A stretch of 36,026 bases of DNA from a virus. Lineage: Duplodnaviria; Caudoviricetes. Under the pieces are notes generated by a model. The model made no database searches. It was not told where the DNA came from and worked only from the letters and a program-made list of their open reading frames with translations. Within the stretch, counting starts at the first letter, position 1; every line of letters begins with the position of its first letter. Both the position numbers and the translations under genes were made by a program. Positions 18,953 to 24,740 of the stretch are shown piece by piece. The DNA is taken from positions 1-36,026 of the IMG/VR virus record IMGVR_UViG_3300023107_000008; one strand, given 5' to 3'.

Positions 18953-19031
18953 ACTACTATTAAGATCTTATACACCACATATAGCGTGTGTTGTGCTTGT
19001 GGTTTAGTGATCAAAATGATACTATTTTCTT

Positions 19032-19178
19032 TAAGAGTGTACGGTGTTTATCTCAATAAATCTGTGGACTCTACATCTTAAAATTGCATGATTAGGGTTG
19101 TGTTTGTTACGAATGTCCACTAGTATAAAAGGTGAGATAAGCCCGTAACCAAAGCCGCCCTAGTAGGCGGTTTTTTGG
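19032..19178 (+). ncRNA. Structured RNA B, paralog of RNA A
   Basis: Upstream TTGTGG-17-TACTAT with extended TG; stem 19040-19055/19133-19147; inner GTGGAC/GTCCAC; same terminator. Confidence 0.7.
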
Positions 19179-19194
19179 TGGGTGAAATGTGTAT
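19144..19194 (+). repeat. 51-bp direct repeat, copy 2
   Basis: Identical to 18026-18076. Confidence 0.95.
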
Positions 19195-19196
19195 AT

Positions 19197-19291
19197 AAAA
19201 AAGAAGCCTCCAGTTGTGTAACTGTGTGGAGAGGCTTCTTATTGGGGTTACCGTGCTATTGACGGTCTAAGGTGCGAGCTGACAAGGCCAT
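19197..19291 (-). ncRNA. Candidate small RNA D
   Basis: TGGTATATT at 19298-19306; ACCGT/ACGGT hairpin; AAGAAGCCTC/GAGGCTTCTT stem plus T-run. Confidence 0.55.
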
Positions 19292-19306
19292 ACAGATAAT
19301 ATACCA

Positions 19307-19424
19307 CAAAACAAATAGCTGAACATAGAGTCCAGCTATTCTAATCCATAGAGGCGGAAAGGCATGATAAATCATTTATGTAACAGCAAAGGGTGGGCAT
19401 CTACTGTCACTAACTCTATGAACT
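19307..19424 (-). ncRNA. Candidate small RNA C
   Basis: TGTTATCCT at 19431-19439; G-U-containing stems P1 and P2; 11-bp terminator stem plus T-run. Confidence 0.7.
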
Positions 19425-19439
19425 CCTTATAGGATAACA

Positions 19440-19448
19440 TTATCCACA
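19440..19448 (+). promoter_or_regulatory. Perfect DnaA box TTATCCACA
   Basis: Exact consensus, abutting the RNA C promoter. Confidence 0.45.
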
Positions 19449-19462
19449 GTTTCAATAAAGGG

Positions 19463-19491
19463 TTGCTATTATTTATAAGCTATAGTAAGAT
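19463..19491 (+). promoter_or_regulatory. Early-type promoter TTGCTA-17-TAAGAT with TAAGCTATAG spacer
   Basis: Same spacer motif and downstream AAGGAAAGG as the leftward early promoters. Confidence 0.75.
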
Positions 19492-19517
19492 ACTTATATA
19501 AACAAGGAAAGGTTTAT

Positions 19518-20036
19518 ATGAAAAATTTAACATTTGCTATATCAATATTAGTTCTCGTTGTAATAGACTACTTTATCATCATTGGATTTACTGATTCAGT
19601 GAATAATATACTCGAAAAGAGATCACAAAAGATAGCAGCAACACAAACACCTATGGAACTAAACGACTTCTCTAAAGCCATTTATAGCTCCACCAACACA
19701 TACAGAACACAGAACGGTATAGATGAACTTAATTTAGATTCAAAGCTCACCCAGGCTGCTCAAAACAAGGCAGACGACCTATGCAATAATAACTATTGGA
19801 GTCATCAACTTAAAGACGGAAGACCATTCGAGACTTTCATAAAAGAAGCAGGTTATGAATATGATCTTGCTGGCGAGAATCTAGGTAAAGGATTTGACGA
19901 CCCAGATAAGCTAATGAGTCGATGGAAAAAAAGTGAGCTTCATAATAAGAACCTGCTTCAAGACTTTACTGATACGGGTATTGGATATAGTGAGTGTGAT
20001 GGTAAAAATATACTAGCTGTGGAGTTTGCAAAATAA
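19518..20036 (+). CDS. CAP/SCP-domain protein with N-terminal TM anchor
   Basis: TN.YR..NG...L..D.KL..AAQ.KA.D...YWSH, AGENL, W.KS..H.KNLL, GIG. Confidence 0.9.
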   Translation: MKNLTFAISILVLVVIDYFIIIGFTDSVNNILEKRSQKIAATQTPMELNDFSKAIYSSTNTYRTQNGIDELNLDSKLTQAAQNKADDLCNNNYWSHQLKDGRPFETFIKEAGYEYDLAGENLGKGFDDPDKLMSRWKKSELHNKNLLQDFTDTGIGYSECDGKNILAVEFAK

Positions 20037-20209
20037 TGGAAAAAGATATTTATAAACTAAAATTGCATCATCATATATTTGTTAATGATGGTAACATTAT
20101 AGTTGTACGAGTGCCTGGAGGTTGGATTTATATTAATGGTAGTCCAGTAGACACGACTGCGGTATTTGTACCTATGAACTACGAATTTCAAGAAACGGAT
20201 AATAAATGA
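20036..20209 (+). CDS. 57-aa phage hypothetical protein (not in ORF track)
   Basis: TAATG overlap; RVPGGWIY...VFVP. Confidence 0.7.
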   Translation: MEKDIYKLKLHHHIFVNDGNIIVVRVPGGWIYINGSPVDTTAVFVPMNYEFQETDNK

Positions 20210-20382
20210 AAAAGTTTGAAATATCCATAACCTATTCAAAGTTTATAGAAGCTTACGATATGGATTCTGCCGTTGAGTCAGCTGAAAGAATAGCAAGTAC
20301 CAGTAATTTAACTGGGGAATATGGTGTATTTAATTACAGTGATGAATTTATTGAAGTAATTGAATTAAAAGAAGACGAATAA
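20206..20382 (+). CDS. 58-aa acidic hypothetical protein (not in ORF track)
   Basis: ATGA overlap; ends at terminator. Confidence 0.7.
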   Translation: MKKFEISITYSKFIEAYDMDSAVESAERIASTSNLTGEYGVFNYSDEFIEVIELKEDE

Positions 20383-20419
20383 CAAAGAACCTCGGCTTAA
20401 TACCGAGGTTTATCTTTGT
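20382..20419. terminator. Probable bidirectional terminator between converging operons
   Basis: AACCTCGG/CCGAGGTT stem flanked by A/T tracts. Confidence 0.8.
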
Positions 20420-20435
20420 CATACTGCCACATGTT

Positions 20436-20564
20436 CTAGGGTAATATAATCTCACCCTGAACAGCGGTCTTACCTAAATAGTAATCTATTACAGGTATCC
20501 ATACAAGTCTATCGTTTTCATCAAATACTGGTGTGAGAACCTCATTAGGATTCACACCTTCCAT
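20436..20564 (-). CDS. 42-aa hypothetical protein (not in ORF track)
   Basis: MEGVNPNEV...IILP fills gap before terminator. Confidence 0.45.
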   Translation of the reverse strand: MEGVNPNEVLTPVFDENDRLVWIPVIDYYLGKTAVQGEIILP

Positions 20565-20566
20565 GA

Positions 20567-20743
20567 TTACTTAACTCCAACTCTTCCAGCTACGTTTGAA
20601 GCGAATGTACCGATTACTAGTAATACATCTACTAAGAATACTACTACTCCAGGAACGCCACTAACGTAACCAAACAATACGTGTGCTAGCGTTATGAATA
20701 CTACTGATAGAATTATATTTACTGCTATTTGTAAAACTGTCAT
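20567..20743 (-). CDS. 58-aa two-TM membrane protein (not in ORF track)
   Basis: AAGGAG RBS, late motif at 20773-20781; MTVLQIAVNIILSVVFITLAHVLFG...VVVFLVDVLLVIGTF. Confidence 0.7.
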   Translation of the reverse strand: MTVLQIAVNIILSVVFITLAHVLFGYVSGVPGVVVFLVDVLLVIGTFASNVAGRVGVK

Positions 20744-20753
20744 TATTTTCTCC

Positions 20754-21233
20754 TTATCGTTCCTTAATATTTAGGGTAACAGAATTTCTTGCTTTATGTG
20801 CCTTAACACCCCTTGAGTTTAGAAACCTCATCTGATCATGTATTACTCCTAGCTTTTCGTCGTGAGGGGTATATCTTGAGTAGTGCTCTGACTGAAGTGA
20901 TATAGCTTTCAATATTAATCTTGCTAGTTCTTTTTTATTAGTTAAGTATGGTTTCACTAGAGGCAATATAGTTTTTATTTCCCTACTTTTTATAGTCCAC
21001 CTATGCTTCATCTTTAAGTTAGATCGCTTATCATAAAAGCTATTGAATACACCTACGTCCGTATATGTATTTTTTATCCACTCCATCATTAAGGGGTTTG
21101 TATTGTCTATACAGACTGTAAATTTCCATGTGTAACCGCGTTTGCAGTTATTTGTTTTTTCTTTTACGAACGATATTGTACCTTCGCCATCGAGAAGCCC
21201 AGCTAGATAGGCATTATCAGTGGCTTTGCTCAC
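20754..21233 (-). CDS. Free-standing single-motif LAGLIDADG homing endonuclease
   Basis: AYLAGLLDGEGTI; LPLVKPYL..KK. Confidence 0.9.
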   Translation of the reverse strand: MSKATDNAYLAGLLDGEGTISFVKEKTNNCKRGYTWKFTVCIDNTNPLMMEWIKNTYTDVGVFNSFYDKRSNLKMKHRWTIKSREIKTILPLVKPYLTNKKELARLILKAISLQSEHYSRYTPHDEKLGVIHDQMRFLNSRGVKAHKARNSVTLNIKER

Positions 21234-21433
21234 TACTTGTTCAGCCTCTCAACTGCATCACCTGCACCCTCAACTCCAATAAAGGCGAGGATAGGGGTTA
21301 AAACTGACCATACCTGAGCATCTGTAAGACCCCAGTTCCAGAAAGCATTACCAAATACAACTACTGCTGATACTACAGCCAATAGAAACTTACGTGTTAA
21401 TAGTGAATTTGCGAACTCTTTAAATCTTTTCAT
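21233..21433 (-). CDS. Holin
   Basis: Two TM segments, RKFLLAVV motif, follows endolysin. Confidence 0.75.
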   Translation of the reverse strand: MKRFKEFANSLLTRKFLLAVVSAVVVFGNAFWNWGLTDAQVWSVLTPILAFIGVEGAGDAVERLNK

Positions 21434-21442
21434 ATTATCTCC

Positions 21443-22273
21443 TTACTTCTTTAATCCTAAACGGTTTATCATAGCTCTCAAGAACTCACCAAAACCATTT
21501 AATAGTTTAGTATCGTCTGATTGTACGGCTAACTGAGCCGTTAGATCTTTAACTTGTTTAGTTAATGTATCTATTTGACCCTGTAAGCCAACCATTTTCT
21601 CTTGCCAACCCTGATCAATAGCGATTTTACCTGTATTCTGCCAACTCTGCACAACATTTGCATATGGATTGTCTTCAAGAACCTCCAGTAGTTTAAGAGT
21701 GTCTTGACCAACAACACTTTGAAACTCAGCTTCAGTAAAATCTCTACCCCAGATAAGTTGAACTGTGCGATTTACTCTAGCTCTCCAATTTTCTGCGTTT
21801 TGTATAATTGCCACTGAACTTCCTCCGTTAATAATTTCATTTGCCCTAGCCACTATTTGATCTATTGGAATTGTACCACAACACTGAGTAGCTACTATTT
21901 GACTGTGCTTAACGATATGATCTCTATTACAGGGTATACCAAACTGTTTACAAAGTCTTGCAATTAGTTGAGCTGAAGTTTCTACGGTTGCTGGTGTTGC
22001 GTCCCTTCCTGGGGCTGCTGAGTGCTCTATACCTATGCTTCTTTGGTTGTATGACCAATTACCAGCATGATAAGCAGTATTACCCAGATCAACATACCTA
22101 TGGACATTATTATTCTCAACTCCATAGTGGGCTGAAGTACCTACATTTGTATTTTGAAATACTGCATCAGTAGATGCTAATGTTCCCACCATCCAATGAA
22201 TAACAATACGATCAATCGTCTTACCACCGCGCCCAGCTGTATAGTTTGGACTACCTATCCATACTTCGTTCAT
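21443..22273 (-). CDS. Endolysin, N-acetylmuramoyl-L-alanine amidase (Amidase_2 type)
   Basis: IVIHW, SAHYGV, AYHAGN, SIGIEH, H...ATQC; C-terminal coiled coil. Confidence 0.92.
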   Translation of the reverse strand: MNEVWIGSPNYTAGRGGKTIDRIVIHWMVGTLASTDAVFQNTNVGTSAHYGVENNNVHRYVDLGNTAYHAGNWSYNQRSIGIEHSAAPGRDATPATVETSAQLIARLCKQFGIPCNRDHIVKHSQIVATQCCGTIPIDQIVARANEIINGGSSVAIIQNAENWRARVNRTVQLIWGRDFTEAEFQSVVGQDTLKLLEVLEDNPYANVVQSWQNTGKIAIDQGWQEKMVGLQGQIDTLTKQVKDLTAQLAVQSDDTKLLNGFGEFLRAMINRLGLKK

Positions 22274-22608
22274 TACGACTTCTTTTTATAATTAAATATT
22301 AGTACCAACAGAATAATGATTAACAACTGACTAACATTTGACGTAACAGTAGATATATTTCTCAGTATCTCTGCCTCTCCACCGTTGAGACGAATGATTT
22401 GATACCAAATTGACGGTATGCCAGATACAACAGACACAGATAAAAGTGCGAGAATCTGCCACCGCAGCTCAGTTAACCAGTCAACAGGACGCAAAACCTC
22501 TTTTAATTGCTTTGGAAAGAGATAGAATCCAACAACTACTAACCCTATAAGGCGAATAACCAGAGCAATAAATGATGATATGTTTACGTTATCTAAGAAA
22601 TCAAACAT
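22273..22608 (-). CDS. Three-TM membrane protein
   Basis: Three hydrophobic helices; likely start MFDF with AGGAG RBS. Confidence 0.7.
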   Translation of the reverse strand: MFDFLDNVNISSFIALVIRLIGLVVVGFYLFPKQLKEVLRPVDWLTELRWQILALLSVSVVSGIPSIWYQIIRLNGGEAEILRNISTVTSNVSQLLIIILLVLIFNYKKKS

Positions 22609-22609
22609 G

Positions 22610-22816
22610 TTATTTTCTCCTGTCTCCACCTGTTGCGAGGAATATGTTTAGTGTTATGTCTTTTTTTTGCATGAGTTTCATCTGCTTACTTACTTTATCT
22701 GTATTACTTGTCGCTTTGTCTATGGCTTTGAAAAGCTCATCCTTAGCCTCTTTAACCTCAGCATCCATCTGATCTTCATGGACTGTACTTTGTTTTTTCT
22801 TACGGAAGAACCACAT
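22610..22816 (-). CDS. Small coiled-coil protein
   Basis: Likely start MWFF after GGGAG. Confidence 0.6.
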   Translation of the reverse strand: MWFFRKKKQSTVHEDQMDAEVKEAKDELFKAIDKATSNTDKVSKQMKLMQKKDITLNIFLATGGDRRK

Positions 22817-22817
22817 A

Positions 22818-23087
22818 TTACTTCTCCCGCTTGAGGTTATCAAAACGTAGTATGTCATACATTCTTTCACTTAAATCTGATACTTTTTCCAAAGGTTCTT
22901 TTAGTTTTGTGGTAATTTCTTTAGCATCTTCGACCCTAAGACGCTGCACCTCTTCCAGTTTAGTATCTTTCTTTAAAGACTCGCGGTACATGACAACGAT
23001 AACAACAACAAGTGCTAGTATAACTACCCCAGGAAGACCATAGGATAACAGTATATCGGTAGAACCGTTTACGGCTTTATCATTCAT
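22818..23087 (-). CDS. Single-TM coiled-coil protein, holin-like
   Basis: YGLPGVVILALVVVIVVMY then charged helix. Confidence 0.65.
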   Translation of the reverse strand: MNDKAVNGSTDILLSYGLPGVVILALVVVIVVMYRESLKKDTKLEEVQRLRVEDAKEITTKLKEPLEKVSDLSERMYDILRFDNLKREK

Positions 23088-23566
23088 ACATTAACCTCAA
23101 TAGTAGGCACTAATAGCCAGTCTCTATCATTTTCATATTTCCAAAGTAGCTTACCATTTGAAGAAATACCTAAATAAATTAAGGGTGCATCTACGCCGTC
23201 TTTTCCATTTTCCCCATTTTTAGGAGGTAACTCTTTTTCTATAACTGTATTAGTTTGTCGTTCAGTAATAGTGTGAGTGGATAGTGAATCGAGACCATTA
23301 CTGCCATTTAAGCCATTCTTGCCATCGACCCCGTTTTTTGGCATTGGTATTTTTATAAGTGATGCAACTTGTTTAGAAAGTTTTTCTGGGTCGATCTTAT
23401 TATTTTGGGCATTTACAAGAATAGACTCTTTTATTTTTGAGATCTCATAGCTTCCAATAGCAGCGAATCCACAGATAAGAACAAGACAAGCAACACCGAA
23501 TCCAATCGCTATGTTAATTATGCGATCTCGGTCATTACTTGGCCTCATTCTATCCCCACAGCTCAA
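23084..23566 (-). CDS. TM-anchored protein with short collagen-like repeats
   Basis: TM helix; GVDGKNGLNGSNG, GENGKDG. Confidence 0.65.
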   Translation of the reverse strand: MSCGDRMRPSNDRDRIINIAIGFGVACLVLICGFAAIGSYEISKIKESILVNAQNNKIDPEKLSKQVASLIKIPMPKNGVDGKNGLNGSNGLDSLSTHTITERQTNTVIEKELPPKNGENGKDGVDAPLIYLGISSNGKLLWKYENDRDWLLVPTIEVNV

Positions 23567-23924
23567 TATTATATTGGTATGCAGAACTCACAAGAGTAAC
23601 ATTAAACTTACCTTCTGTAGCTGTAAACGCACTAAATGTAGCTGAATTTACTTCTGTAATTGTTCCAGATACTCTTTCATAATGGCTAACCATTTTTGTC
23701 ACAGATTTATATGTCTGTGAACCAGTAGCATCTTGAAATAATGAGGCGCATGTCGAATATCCGCTATTGTCACACTGTCCTACTGATTGATGTAAGTAGC
23801 TATCTCCACCAACGGACTTAGCTGAGAGAGTTATTTTCATAGCCACAGGCGGAAAACCACATGTAATAGTCTTTACTCCTGTGCTTGTTGGGGTTACTGT
23901 GGTGTTATAATAAAATCCAGCCAT
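23550..23924 (-). CDS. Minor tail/beta-rich protein
   Basis: ITCGFPP motif, position after fibre gene. Confidence 0.55.
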   Translation of the reverse strand: MAGFYYNTTVTPTSTGVKTITCGFPPVAMKITLSAKSVGGDSYLHQSVGQCDNSGYSTCASLFQDATGSQTYKSVTKMVSHYERVSGTITEVNSATFSAFTATEGKFNVTLVSSAYQYNIELWG

Positions 23925-23925
23925 A

Positions 23926-24699
23926 TTATATTCCTATCGCTACCCATGAATAACCATGATAAACTGCTCCGAATGTGCCGCTTGACTGCATTGACATAAC
24001 GAAGTTTGAAGCTGTTATATTAACCGCCTGAGCTACGTTACCCCCACCTACAGAAGTATTAAATTCAGTTATTGCGGTTGCGGCCGTTCCACCAGATTTA
24101 TAGCCTATAAATGTTACATCGACAGACAATACTGTAGTAAAAGATGTAGGGAAGGTCACAGTCTCGACTATCCCTGCTGCACCAGTACCAAGTATTTGTC
24201 CCCATCCTGCCTGTATAACAGCAGCAGTTTGGGTGACGTTGGTTGTATCTGCTTGAGTGTATATTCGGTAGTTTGCAATTTCTGAACCTTTTATTCTCTG
24301 GTCAATTGGGTAGCCATTAGGAGCAAATCCTACAGAATAGAATGGAAGTGTGATTGCTTCATTAGACAATACTGTACCACCAGCAAACGATGCGGTGATT
24401 GTAGTGCTAGTAACAGAGTTAATTCGAGCATATTTAACTCCGAGAGTAGGCTGAGTAAACTTAATGACCATACCAGGGGAATAACGGGTTGTCGCTCCTG
24501 TCGGTACGTTAATAACACCAACTCCTCCTGAATAACTTGAATATGTCCATGATTCACCAGCAATAGTCCAGCCTGGGCCTACATATTGGTTAACTAAAGA
24601 AGCTGGGGTAAGTGTTGTTGCTCCAGCATCATTAGACGTTAAAAACTTGTCGTTATCTGACAAGAGAGTTTCGGTAGGATATGAGGTAATTATGGCCAC
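23926..24699 (-). CDS. Putative tail fibre/receptor-binding protein
   Basis: C-terminal IQAGWG...VTFPTSF...WVAIG fibre-tip pattern; GTG start. Confidence 0.7.
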   Translation of the reverse strand: MAIITSYPTETLLSDNDKFLTSNDAGATTLTPASLVNQYVGPGWTIAGESWTYSSYSGGVGVINVPTGATTRYSPGMVIKFTQPTLGVKYARINSVTSTTITASFAGGTVLSNEAITLPFYSVGFAPNGYPIDQRIKGSEIANYRIYTQADTTNVTQTAAVIQAGWGQILGTGAAGIVETVTFPTSFTTVLSVDVTFIGYKSGGTAATAITEFNTSVGGGNVAQAVNITASNFVMSMQSSGTFGAVYHGYSWVAIGI

Positions 24700-24729
24700 G
24701 GTTAAATTGTTCCTTCTTTATTTACTGTT

Positions 24730-24738
24730 AGGGTAACA
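24730..24738 (-). promoter_or_regulatory. Late-type motif TGTTACCCT
   Basis: Intergenic copy. Confidence 0.75.
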
Positions 24739-24740
24739 TA

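Noticed and set aside
18976-18990. TAGCGT (ssoA CS-6-like) in a small hairpin
   Set aside because: Six-base match outside the main stems; chance level
18026-19194. 51-bp repeat as CRISPR repeat or att site
   Set aside because: Only two copies 1.1 kb apart, containing a terminator; no cas or integrase gene seen
20437-20446. TATTACCCTA as another late promoter
   Set aside because: Lacks the TG, coincides with the last codons of a small ORF and points into a terminator
20754-21233. Group I intron around the LAGLIDADG gene
   Set aside because: Flanking genes are intact and abut the ORF, leaving no room for an intron core
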